A stretch of 64,000 bases of DNA from a plasmid. The DNA lies in sequence record LC546831.1; one strand, given 5' to 3'. Below are positions 37,091-46,181 of the stretch, one piece after another. Positions within the stretch are counted from its first letter, which is position 1, and each line of letters opens with the position of its first letter. The position numbers and the translations under genes were made by a program. The notes under the pieces are model-generated. The model worked only from the letters and a program-made list of their open reading frames with translations. It was not told where the DNA came from and made no database searches.

Positions 37091-38474
37091 TGTCATCGTC
37101 AAACGCAAACAGTTCCTGTGGGCTGGCGGCGTTGCGCTGGCGCTTGCAGCGGCCGTTGGCGTGGGCTGGTACGTCTCGCAGGACAGTGAGAGTGAACCGA
37201 CGCAGGCCAGCGAACCGGCCCCTGACATGACCGGGGTGGTTGACAACACCTTCGGCGAGCGGGCGACCGAAAACGCCATCACGCAAACCCAGGTGGCGCA
37301 GGCCGAAATCAACAAGCAGTTCTCCTCGCTGCGTCAGGAGATCGACATGCTGAGTAAGGCGCACCAGGAAGACCAGAAGCGCATCAGCACACTGGAAGAC
37401 GAAAACCGCAAGCTCAATAACCAGACAGGTGGCGACGGGAGCCCAACACCAGGGAGCACCACGCCCGGCGCCACCGCCATTCCCCCTCTTGCTGCCGGTG
37501 TGACGCCGGAAGGTGAGCCGATGCCGTCAGCTTTCCCTCCGGCGCCAGGCGGCCCGGTGCCGCCGCCAACCGCCTTCTATCCGGGGCGCGGCGCGGTTCC
37601 TCCGCCGGTGGTGGACTACACGCCTGTTCCGGTGCCGGGCCAGCTGTATCGCAAGGTGCTGCGCCCGAAAGACGCCGGGAAACCAAAGAAAAAGTACCCC
37701 TATATCCCGACCGGCAGCTTCGCCAAATCGATCCTGATTGAGGGGGCGGATGCCAACGCATCGGTAACTGGGAACACTGCCACGGTGCCGATGCAGGTGC
37801 GGTTGACCGGCCGGATCGAGATGCCGAACAGCAAGACCTACGACGCGACCGGCTGCTTTATCAGCATGGAGGCCTACGGTGACGTCTCCAGCGAACGTGC
37901 CATCGTGCGCACCCGCAAAATCAGCTGCATTCGGGGGGACGACATTATCGATCAGGACATCGACGGTCATGTCAGCTTTATGGGCAAGAACGGCGTCAAG
38001 GGCGAGGTGGTGATGCGTAACGGCAAAATCCTCGGCTTTGCCTGGGGCGCCGGATTCCTTGATGGGTTAGGTGAAGGTGCCGGCCGGGCGGCGCAGCCGA
38101 CCGTTGGCCTGGGCGCAACGGCCAGCATGGGCGCTGGCGACATTGCCAAATCGGCCCTGGGCGGGGGCGCCAGCAAGGCTGCATCGACCCTCAGCGACTA
38201 CTACATCAAGCGCGCCGAACAGTATCACCCGGTTATTCCGATCGGTGCCGGCAATGAGGTCACGGTGGTGTTCCAGGAAGGCTTCCAGATGAAAACCATC
38301 GAGGAAGTGGCGGCGGAAAAAGAGAGCCGACAGCAGGCGCAGACCGACGGGGGCGATCAGTCCAAGTCCGGGCAGAACCTGAACGGCTTCAACACCGATC
38401 AGATGCTGAACCATCTTGGCAAGGTTGATCCGGCCCAGTTCGGACTAGGCACATCAACAACAGGAGAGCGGTGA
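37077..38474 (+). CDS. traB: TraB (VirB10-like)
   Basis: MANINVIVKRKQ matches the F TraB N-terminus (MASINTIVKRKQ). Pro-rich region. Confidence 0.85.
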   Translation: MANINVIVKRKQFLWAGGVALALAAAVGVGWYVSQDSESEPTQASEPAPDMTGVVDNTFGERATENAITQTQVAQAEINKQFSSLRQEIDMLSKAHQEDQKRISTLEDENRKLNNQTGGDGSPTPGSTTPGATAIPPLAAGVTPEGEPMPSAFPPAPGGPVPPPTAFYPGRGAVPPPVVDYTPVPVPGQLYRKVLRPKDAGKPKKKYPYIPTGSFAKSILIEGADANASVTGNTATVPMQVRLTGRIEMPNSKTYDATGCFISMEAYGDVSSERAIVRTRKISCIRGDDIIDQDIDGHVSFMGKNGVKGEVVMRNGKILGFAWGAGFLDGLGEGAGRAAQPTVGLGATASMGAGDIAKSALGGGASKAASTLSDYYIKRAEQYHPVIPIGAGNEVTVVFQEGFQMKTIEEVAAEKESRQQAQTDGGDQSKSGQNLNGFNTDQMLNHLGKVDPAQFGLGTSTTGER

Positions 38475-38478
38475 CACC

Positions 38479-39015
38479 ATGAATAACAACGATAGACCCA
38501 CTATCCAGCATTTCGATGACTTTCCCTTTACGGGGGGCGTTTCTGCAGAAATCGGGAACCTCGTCGTCTGTGGCCGAACCGGCGCGGGGAAAACAACGCT
38601 GATGCAGTCCATCGTGGATAAATACAGCGCGGATGCCGTGCGAATGACGGGGTTATATGTCTTTTTATTGCTGGCCTGGTGGGGTGGTTGGCTTGCGCTC
38701 GATGCGTGGCGCATTGAGAACCTGCTGACCGATGCCGACAAGTGGGCCGGTTTTCGGCGTGACATCCTCTGGTGTGCGGGGTCGGCGGCGCTCTCCTTAA
38801 TTTTCTTAATGACGGGTCCCAACAAAAAATCCTCTGTTTACGCACTGTCATTATGCCTGGCACTGATAGTGCCCATCTCGGTCGCAATCGTTGCCGGGAG
38901 TTCTTTCATTCACTGGGAATTTGATGTGCCGGCGTTCTTGATGGCGCATACGTGCGCCGGATGGGTAATGACTCTGGCTGTACCGTTAGTGACTTTTTTC
39001 TCTGTCAGGATTTAA
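38479..39015 (+). CDS. TraP-like inner-membrane protein. N-terminus carries a Walker-A-like GRTGAGKTT
   Basis: In the traP/trbD slot of the F order. 3-4 TM helices at the C-terminus. Confidence 0.45.
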   Translation: MNNNDRPTIQHFDDFPFTGGVSAEIGNLVVCGRTGAGKTTLMQSIVDKYSADAVRMTGLYVFLLLAWWGGWLALDAWRIENLLTDADKWAGFRRDILWCAGSAALSLIFLMTGPNKKSSVYALSLCLALIVPISVAIVAGSSFIHWEFDVPAFLMAHTCAGWVMTLAVPLVTFFSVRI

Positions 39016-39024
39016 GGAGACTCA

Positions 39025-39579
39025 ATGAAAACGCACATCATGAAATCACTGCTTTTACTCCCCGCCTTGGGTGGCGTGCTACTGCTGGCCGGTTGTGCCG
39101 GCGTCAGCAGCGAGTTCGGCTGTAACGCCACCACCTCCGACAGCTGCATGACGATGGAGCAGGCCAACGAGAAAGCCAAGTCACTGGAAGAGGGCGGCGG
39201 AGCAAAGCCGGCTGCAGCCGCATTGCCTCGCCTGGCTGACGGCGACTTTGCGGCGATTGGTCGGGATACCGGCCCGGTGCCGGTTGCGGTCGGCCGTTCG
39301 TCGCGCTTGCTGCCCCGTCAGGGGGCAGCCTCCCCGGCACCAATGGTGCCTGCGTATCCGGCGATCGCTGCGCCGGCCTCCATCGTGACGACCGTCAGCA
39401 CCTGCACCTTACCACGCTGTGCCGGTGTCGGTAGCACCCGCCCGGCCCGCCAGGCCGAGCAGACCGCACAGTTGTGGATCGCGCCCTGGATTGACAGCCA
39501 GGACGTCTATCACCAGCCGGGCAAGGTGCTGTTCGTGGTTAAACCGGCCGTCTGGGGCAAGCCCCAGTCAGTGTATTGA
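39025..39579 (+). CDS. traV: TraV lipoprotein
   Basis: Lipobox LLAGCAG. Position between traB and traC. Confidence 0.8.
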   Translation: MKTHIMKSLLLLPALGGVLLLAGCAGVSSEFGCNATTSDSCMTMEQANEKAKSLEEGGGAKPAAAALPRLADGDFAAIGRDTGPVPVAVGRSSRLLPRQGAASPAPMVPAYPAIAAPASIVTTVSTCTLPRCAGVGSTRPARQAEQTAQLWIAPWIDSQDVYHQPGKVLFVVKPAVWGKPQSVY

Positions 39580-39591
39580 CAGGAGCCCTTC

Positions 39592-42222
39592 ATGAATTTG
39601 CTCGACAAGGTCACCCATACGGCCAACAGCCTGCTGTCGGCGCTCAAAATGCCCGATGCGTCCAGTCAGGCTAACCAGCTGCTCGGCGATATGCGTTTCC
39701 CGCAGCTGAGCAGCCTGTTGCCTTATCGTGATTATGATGAAAGCTCGGGGCTGTTCATCAATGACGGCTCTATCGGTTTCATGCTGGAAGTGCAGCCGCT
39801 GACCGGCGCCAGCCCGACCGAGGTGCTGGCGATTGAGAGCCTGCTGCGTACCAAACTGCCGCGCGGCGTACCGCTGTCCATCCATCTGATGTCCAGCAAG
39901 CGCGTGGGCAACCATATCGAGTCCGGCCTGCGTGATTTCTCCTGGTCAGGACGGGATGCCGACAAGTTCAACGCCATCACCCGCGCCTATTACCTGTCGG
40001 CGGCCGAAGATCGCTTTTCCTTGCCGCCTGGTGTCGATATTCCGTTGACCCTGCGTAATTACCGGGTATTCATCTCGATGTGCATCAAGGCCAAGAGAAA
40101 TAACAAGGCGGCCTTTGTGCAAATGGAGAACCTGGTCAAGGTGCTGCGCGCGTCATTGATGGGTGCAAAGATGCCTACCCGAACCGTTGATGCGGATGAC
40201 TTTATCAACGTGGTCGGCGAGATGATCAATCACGACCCCGATCAGCTGTATGACACGCCGCGTACCCTCGACCCGTACCAGGATCTGAACTTCCAGTGCA
40301 TCGACAACGGCTTCGGTATGAACGTCTATCCTGACTGCCTCAAGATAAATTTGCGTAGTGCAGGCAGAGAAAGCGAGAGCGTGGCTCGCGTGATGAATTT
40401 CCAGCTGGAAAAGAACCCCGATATTGCGTTCCTGTGGGCCAGCGCTGACAACTACGGCAACCTGCTGTATCCCGAGCTGTCGATCGCGTGCCCGTTCATC
40501 ATCACGCTGACGATGGTGGTCGAGGAGCAGGAGAAAAATCAGTTCGAAGCTAACCGCAAATACCTCGACCTCGAGAAGAAATCCCGCACGTCATACGCCA
40601 AGGTGTTCCCTAACGTGGTGGAGGAGGCCAAAGAGTGGGGGGACTTGCGCCAGAGACTCTCTACCAACCAGACTGCGCTGGCCTCTTACTTCTATAACGT
40701 CACGGTATTTTGCGAAGACAACGATAACGTGGCGCTGCGCTGTGAGCAGGATGTGATCAATACCTATCGCAAGAACGGTATCGACTTGATCGCCCCACGT
40801 TTCAAGCAGCACTGGAACTTCCTCGCCTGCCTGCCATTCATGGCCCATCACGGTGTACTGGACGACCTGCGCAAGCACGGCGCGGTACATCGGGCAGAGA
40901 CGCTGAACGTGGTCAATCTGATGCCGGTGGTGGCCGACAACCGCCTGGCGCCGGCCGGGCTGTTGGCGCCCACCTACCGTAACCAGCTGGCGTTTATCGA
41001 TATCTACTCTGAAGTCATGGACAACACCAACTACAACATGGCGGTATGTGGCACATCCGGCGCCGGCAAGACCGGGTTGATCCAGCCGATGATACGCAGC
41101 GTGCTTGATACTGGCGGTGTGGCCTGGGTCTTTGATATGGGCGACGGTTACAAATCGCTTTGCGAGAACATGGGCGGGGTCTATATCGACGCACAGACGC
41201 TCAAATTTAATCCCTTTGCCAACATCGTGGACATTGATGAATCCGCCGAGCGTGTTCGCGACCAGTTGTCTGTTATGGCCAGCCCTAACGAAAAGTTGGG
41301 TGATGTCGCTGAGTCCTTGCTGCTGATGGCCGTCAAAGCTGCATGGATAGCCAAATCGACGCATGCGCGTATCGATGACGTAGTGGACTTCCTCAAGGAG
41401 TCTATGGACGACAGCGAATTAAGCAAAACCCCAGAGGTACGCAGAGATTTACATGCAATGGTCATTCTGCTCGACAAATATACCCAGGATGGCATTTACG
41501 GTGATTTCTTCAATTCCGACGAACCAACGTTACGTGACGACGCCAACATGGTGGTACTGGAGTTGGGTAGCCTGAAGTCGCGCCCTAATCTTCTTATTGC
41601 CGTTATGTTCTCGCTCATCATCTATATCGAAGGACGAATGTACCAGTCTTCCCGCTCGGCCAAGAAACTGTGCGTGATTGATGAAGGTTGGAAGTTACTC
41701 GATTTCAAAACCGAAAAAGTGGGTGACTTCATCGAAGAAGGCTACCGCACGGCACGCCGCCATTATGGTGCGTACATCACCATTACTCAGAATATCAAGG
41801 ATTTCGAGTCTGAGTCTGCGAGTAAGGCTGCGAAAGCTGCCTGGGCCAACTCTTCCTACAAAATCATCCTGATGCAGGAAGCACAGGCCTTCAAGAAATA
41901 TAACCAAGAATATCCGGATAACTTCAGTCAGCTGGAGAAGGATGTCATCGCTCGGTTCCAGTCAGCCAAGGATCAGTGGTTCAGTTCATTCATGTTGATG
42001 GTCGCGGGTCGCAGTTCCTGGCACCGACTGTTTGTCGATCCACTCAGTCGGGCAATGTACTCCTCGCAAGGCAAAGACTTTGAGTTTATCCAGAGCCGCC
42101 GTGAGCAAGGGGTATCTGTGCACGATGCCGTTTACGCGCTGGCGCAACGCAACTTCGCCGAAGAAATGGCCCGGTTGGAACAGTGGGTCGAACTGCAGGC
42201 TAACCGGAGGATGGCGGCATGA
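39592..42222 (+). CDS. traC: TraC (VirB4-like ATPase)
   Basis: 876 aa. Walker A GTSGAGKTG. Position. Confidence 0.9.
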   Translation: MNLLDKVTHTANSLLSALKMPDASSQANQLLGDMRFPQLSSLLPYRDYDESSGLFINDGSIGFMLEVQPLTGASPTEVLAIESLLRTKLPRGVPLSIHLMSSKRVGNHIESGLRDFSWSGRDADKFNAITRAYYLSAAEDRFSLPPGVDIPLTLRNYRVFISMCIKAKRNNKAAFVQMENLVKVLRASLMGAKMPTRTVDADDFINVVGEMINHDPDQLYDTPRTLDPYQDLNFQCIDNGFGMNVYPDCLKINLRSAGRESESVARVMNFQLEKNPDIAFLWASADNYGNLLYPELSIACPFIITLTMVVEEQEKNQFEANRKYLDLEKKSRTSYAKVFPNVVEEAKEWGDLRQRLSTNQTALASYFYNVTVFCEDNDNVALRCEQDVINTYRKNGIDLIAPRFKQHWNFLACLPFMAHHGVLDDLRKHGAVHRAETLNVVNLMPVVADNRLAPAGLLAPTYRNQLAFIDIYSEVMDNTNYNMAVCGTSGAGKTGLIQPMIRSVLDTGGVAWVFDMGDGYKSLCENMGGVYIDAQTLKFNPFANIVDIDESAERVRDQLSVMASPNEKLGDVAESLLLMAVKAAWIAKSTHARIDDVVDFLKESMDDSELSKTPEVRRDLHAMVILLDKYTQDGIYGDFFNSDEPTLRDDANMVVLELGSLKSRPNLLIAVMFSLIIYIEGRMYQSSRSAKKLCVIDEGWKLLDFKTEKVGDFIEEGYRTARRHYGAYITITQNIKDFESESASKAAKAAWANSSYKIILMQEAQAFKKYNQEYPDNFSQLEKDVIARFQSAKDQWFSSFMLMVAGRSSWHRLFVDPLSRAMYSSQGKDFEFIQSRREQGVSVHDAVYALAQRNFAEEMARLEQWVELQANRRMAA

Positions 42223-42650
42223 CAGGCAGTGAACTGCAGGTGATTGAGCAGGGGAGCGCGGGCGGACAACGGTCAGACCGCCAGCTGGCGCTATGGGGCA
42301 GCGGCGCGGTGGTACTGGCCGTGCTGCTGAGCAGCCTGGTGGCGCTGTGGCTGGTGCAGCGCCAGCCGGTGATTGTCACGTTCAACATGAAGCAGACCAT
42401 GGAAGCGTTCTATGAGAGCGCTGGGAAAAAAGCGCTGCCCCCGGAACAAAGCAAACAACTGGCAGAACGGTTTACCGGTGCGCTGGAGGCCAGTATCACG
42501 CACTACCAGCAGCGCAACAACGTGATCATTCTGGTATCGCCGGCGGTTGTGGGCGGGGCTAAAGACGTGACGCGCGAGTTGCAGCGGGATATTGCTGCCC
42601 GCATGCAGCAGGGCAATATCGTCCGGGTAGGTAAGGAGGCAAACCTATGA
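42219..42650 (+). CDS. trbI: TrbI
   Basis: Size and position. N-terminal TM. Confidence 0.7.
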   Translation: MTGSELQVIEQGSAGGQRSDRQLALWGSGAVVLAVLLSSLVALWLVQRQPVIVTFNMKQTMEAFYESAGKKALPPEQSKQLAERFTGALEASITHYQQRNNVIILVSPAVVGGAKDVTRELQRDIAARMQQGNIVRVGKEANL

Positions 42651-43477
42651 ATAGTTCAGCAATAAGTTTTATGGCGGGCTTTATTCTTTGTTTAATAGTC
42701 ATGTTCGCTTCGAGCCGGTTGATGGTTCAAACGCCAGCCACCATTACGGCGGCTCCAGTGGTGTTTACCCCGGCGCAGCAGGAGGCTATCGGCTCGCTTG
42801 CCCGCGATTACCTGCTGGCGCACCCGGACATCCTGCTGCAGATGAGCGAGAAGCTGGAGGCACAGCAACAGACCGCGGCCAATCGCACGGTGCAAACCGC
42901 GTTGACCACGCAGCCGGAACTGCAGGCGACGTTATTGCACGATCCTGCGACGCCGGTAGTGCATCCTGACGGCGGCGTGACCGTGGTGCAGTTTTTTGAC
43001 TATCAGTGCATCTGGTGCGCGCGTATGGCGCCGGTGGTGGCCGACTTTGTGCGAGACAATCCCGATGTGCGTTTCGTGTTCAAGGAATTCCCCATTTTCG
43101 GCAGTCGCTGGCCGATGTCGGTGCAGGCGGCACGCACCGGCCTGACGCTGTGGCACCTTAAGGGTGGTGACGCCTATCTGGCCTACCACAATGCGGTGTT
43201 TGCTTCCGGTGAGAACGAAGGTCGGTTGTCGCAACCCACGCTTAATGCGGCACTCCTGGCGGCCGGCACCGCGCCGATGACCGTACTGCCCGAGACGGAG
43301 AAAACGCTGCTGGCCACACGCGAGCTGGCCCAGCAGCTGAATATCAGCGGCACCCCCGCCTTTATTGTTATGCCGACCCGTGATGCGCAGGCGGAGCAGG
43401 TGACGCCGCTGTACGGCGCCGTGGATGTGAAGGCGTTGCAGTCTGCGGTCGCACAGGCAAAAGCAGGAGGCCACTGA
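42647..43477 (+). CDS. DsbC/DsbG-like thiol:disulfide interchange protein (thioredoxin fold)
   Basis: CxxC in DYQCIWCARMAP. N-terminal TM/signal. Confidence 0.7.
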   Translation: MNSSAISFMAGFILCLIVMFASSRLMVQTPATITAAPVVFTPAQQEAIGSLARDYLLAHPDILLQMSEKLEAQQQTAANRTVQTALTTQPELQATLLHDPATPVVHPDGGVTVVQFFDYQCIWCARMAPVVADFVRDNPDVRFVFKEFPIFGSRWPMSVQAARTGLTLWHLKGGDAYLAYHNAVFASGENEGRLSQPTLNAALLAAGTAPMTVLPETEKTLLATRELAQQLNISGTPAFIVMPTRDAQAEQVTPLYGAVDVKALQSAVAQAKAGGH

Positions 43478-44112
43478 TGCGCGTTGTCTGCCTGGTGTTC
43501 TCCTTATCACTGCTGCCTTGCATGGCGGTGGCCAAAGACTTCGGCACCTGGGGCGACCTGTACCCGGTTGCCGAGCCGGACATGCTGCAGACCATTCACG
43601 AACGGCTGACCGAATTGCAGCGCAGCGGCCGTTGGGATGAGGAAATGACGGCGTTCAAAGAGCGCACCGTGAAGCACAGCCAGCGGCCTGAGCCGGTCGC
43701 CGGCATCGGCAAGACCGAACGCTATGCCGAACGCTTCTTCGATCCGAGCGTACAGCTCTCTTCTGACCTGAAAGACGACAAGGGGCGAGTCTTTGCCCGC
43801 AAGGGCGACGTTATCAACCCGCTGGCCACCGTGCCGTTCGCGCAGACGCTGTATTTCATCGACGGCGACGATCCGCAGCAGGTTGCCTGGATGAAGGCGC
43901 AGCAGCCAGAGACCCTGATGGTGAAGATCATTTTGGTCAACGGCGACGTTCCCAAAACCTCTGCCGCGCTGGACAGCCGTATCTACTTCGATCAGGGAGG
44001 GGCGCTGTCGCGCCGGTTCGGGCTGACGACGGTACCGGCGCGCATCACGGCGGCGCCGAGCGGCCTGCGGCTGCGTATCGAATCCATTCCTGCCGCCGGC
44101 AGCACGAACTGA
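43477..44112 (+). CDS. traW: TraW
   Basis: 211 aa. Signal peptide. FGTWGDLYPVAEPD typical TraW N-terminal block. Confidence 0.8.
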   Translation: MRVVCLVFSLSLLPCMAVAKDFGTWGDLYPVAEPDMLQTIHERLTELQRSGRWDEEMTAFKERTVKHSQRPEPVAGIGKTERYAERFFDPSVQLSSDLKDDKGRVFARKGDVINPLATVPFAQTLYFIDGDDPQQVAWMKAQQPETLMVKIILVNGDVPKTSAALDSRIYFDQGGALSRRFGLTTVPARITAAPSGLRLRIESIPAAGSTN

Positions 44113-44123
44113 AGGGGAACAAT

Positions 44124-44501
44124 ATGTTTGTGACACGTAAACGTTTTATTGCGACCGAGAATCAGCTGCAGAGCTGTCGCCAATTGCTGGCCGCGCGCCA
44201 CGGCGAGTTGATGGCCATCCGCCAGGCGGCATCGGCAAAGGGGGGGATCTACAAATGCATTCTTGAGTGCCGTGAGGTCGCCCACGAGCTGCGTGAACAG
44301 CTGCCTGCCGAACAGAACGGTCATGGCCCTTATCTGTTCGACAAGCTGGCGCTTATCGATAGCTTGCTGAGCACCCTGGCTGCGTTATTGCCGCCGCAGG
44401 ATGAAGCACGTCCCACCGCCCGGATGGTTGCCGCCGGTGATGTGCAAGAGATTTACCGGGGAACGCAGTGGGCGACGCATTGCCAGGAGCATCGCGTATG
44501 A
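44124..44501 (+). CDS. Small hypothetical protein between traW and traU (overlaps the traU start)
   Basis: RBS AAGGGGAAC. Exactly fills the traW-traU gap. Confidence 0.4.
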   Translation: MFVTRKRFIATENQLQSCRQLLAARHGELMAIRQAASAKGGIYKCILECREVAHELREQLPAEQNGHGPYLFDKLALIDSLLSTLAALLPPQDEARPTARMVAAGDVQEIYRGTQWATHCQEHRV

Positions 44502-45496
44502 CCCGGTGCTGGCTCTCGGCGTTGCTGGTCGTGGCAGGCCTGTTTTCGGCACCGTCTCAGGCAGCGGATGCGGCCTGTCAGGGGCGCTTTGTTAACCCGA
44601 TCACCGATATCTGCTGGCGCTGCATCTTCCCGCTCTCGATTGGGAGCATTCCGGTCGGGAAAGGGGATTTGCCGGATACCAGTAATCCGGGCAGCCCTAT
44701 TCAGTTTTGCCCGGCACCGCCGCCGATTTTTCAACGTATCGGGATGGCGATGGGGTACTGGGAGCCGATGGCCATGACTGACGTGACCCGTTCGCCGGGC
44801 TGCATGGTCAATCTGGGCGGCTTTAGTATCAATCTCGGCAAGATTGGCACCGGCACGGGGGGCAGCAGTGGTAAAGGGGACGTGACCACCGCGTTCTATC
44901 ACGTCCACTGGTACAAGTACCCGCTGACCTACTGGCTGAACATCATCACGTCAGTGGGCTGCCTGCAGGGTGGCGACCTGGATATTGCCTATCTGTCGGA
45001 AATCGATCCGACCTGGGTGGACAGCAGCCTGACCACCATTCTCAATCCGGAGGCGGTGGTCTTTGCCAACCCACTGGCGCAGGGAGCCTGCGCGGCCGAC
45101 GCCATTGCCAGCGGCTTCCATCTGCCGCTCGACGCATTGTTCTGGTGCGCCGGCAGTCAGGGGTCGATGTACCCGTTCAACGGCTGGGTCGCCAAGGAAA
45201 TCAGTCCGCTGCAGTCGTCAGTTCTGGTCTCGGAAAAGATGGCGTTCAAGCTGCACCGCCAGGGACAAATCATGGAGTCCATCGGCAAAGACCGGGCGGT
45301 CTGTTTCGAGTATCCGTCACCGATCATGCCGAAAGAGCGCTGGCGTTATCAGATGGTGAACATGTACCCGGACAGCGCCCGCTGTCACCCGATGGGGCGC
45401 AGCGTGATGCGCTGGGAGGTGGGCCACAACTCACCGGCCAGCAAGAAGAACTTCGGCTACGTCATGTGGCGCAAGCGCAACTGCGTCTTTTTATAA
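44498..45496 (+). CDS. traU: TraU
   Basis: About 330 aa. Signal peptide. Cys-containing conserved blocks. Position. Confidence 0.85.
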   Translation: MTRCWLSALLVVAGLFSAPSQAADAACQGRFVNPITDICWRCIFPLSIGSIPVGKGDLPDTSNPGSPIQFCPAPPPIFQRIGMAMGYWEPMAMTDVTRSPGCMVNLGGFSINLGKIGTGTGGSSGKGDVTTAFYHVHWYKYPLTYWLNIITSVGCLQGGDLDIAYLSEIDPTWVDSSLTTILNPEAVVFANPLAQGACAADAIASGFHLPLDALFWCAGSQGSMYPFNGWVAKEISPLQSSVLVSEKMAFKLHRQGQIMESIGKDRAVCFEYPSPIMPKERWRYQMVNMYPDSARCHPMGRSVMRWEVGHNSPASKKNFGYVMWRKRNCVFL

Positions 45497-45506
45497 GGAG
45501 AAAGTC

Positions 45507-46181
45507 ATGACGACATACAGCAAGGCGACAGGGCTGCTGACAGTGCTCCTGACGGGGGCAACCGTACCGATGATCGCTGTCGGGCAAACGGCGGCAGATC
45601 CTGTTGCTACCGCACAGCAGCAGGCGACCGTCCAGGTGGACAGCAACCGGGCATGGCTGCGCGAGCAGGAAAAACGCTCGGCTGACTTGCACCAAAACAC
45701 CCCGGTGCCGGAGTTCCTGCGTAATCAACCGCCGCGTTCTCTGGCACAGGACGACCAGTCTTTTATTGACCAGCTGGCAGCAAAGCAGCGTCAGGACGCC
45801 GCCGAACAACCGGCCGAGGGCGCGCTGTACTTCGTGTCCTTCGCTATTCCCGAGGAAGGTATGCGCCGCATGCTGCAAGAGGCGCGTCGTTTCGGTATTC
45901 CGGCCACGTTGCGCGGCATGGTGAATGGCGACATGCGCGTAACGGTGCAGCGGGTGCAAAAACTGGTGGAAGCGGGCGGCATCGACGGCGTGCAAATCGA
46001 CCCGCAGCCCTACAGCCAGTTCGGCATCACCGCCGTGCCAGCGCTGGTCGTGCGCTGCGCGGCCGGCTTCGATGTGGTGCGCGGCAATCTGCTGATGACG
46101 CAGGCGCTGAAGAAGGTCGCCAAAGACGGCGATTGTGCCGCCACGGCTCAGGCGCTGCTGGACAAGGAGAGCGGAAAATGA
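45507..46181 (+). CDS. trbC: TrbC
   Basis: Size, signal peptide and position. Confidence 0.75.
   Translation: MTTYSKATGLLTVLLTGATVPMIAVGQTAADPVATAQQQATVQVDSNRAWLREQEKRSADLHQNTPVPEFLRNQPPRSLAQDDQSFIDQLAAKQRQDAAEQPAEGALYFVSFAIPEEGMRRMLQEARRFGIPATLRGMVNGDMRVTVQRVQKLVEAGGIDGVQIDPQPYSQFGITAVPALVVRCAAGFDVVRGNLLMTQALKKVAKDGDCAATAQALLDKESGK

Noticed and set aside
40591-41364. Long antisense ORFs inside traC, traI, traN/trbC, traG and traD (e.g. 40591..41364, 58099..59142, 59611..60507, 45462..46220, 55013..55639, 52315..52944)
   Set aside because: They lie opposite well-supported tra genes in high-GC DNA where stop codons are rare. No RBS, no motifs.
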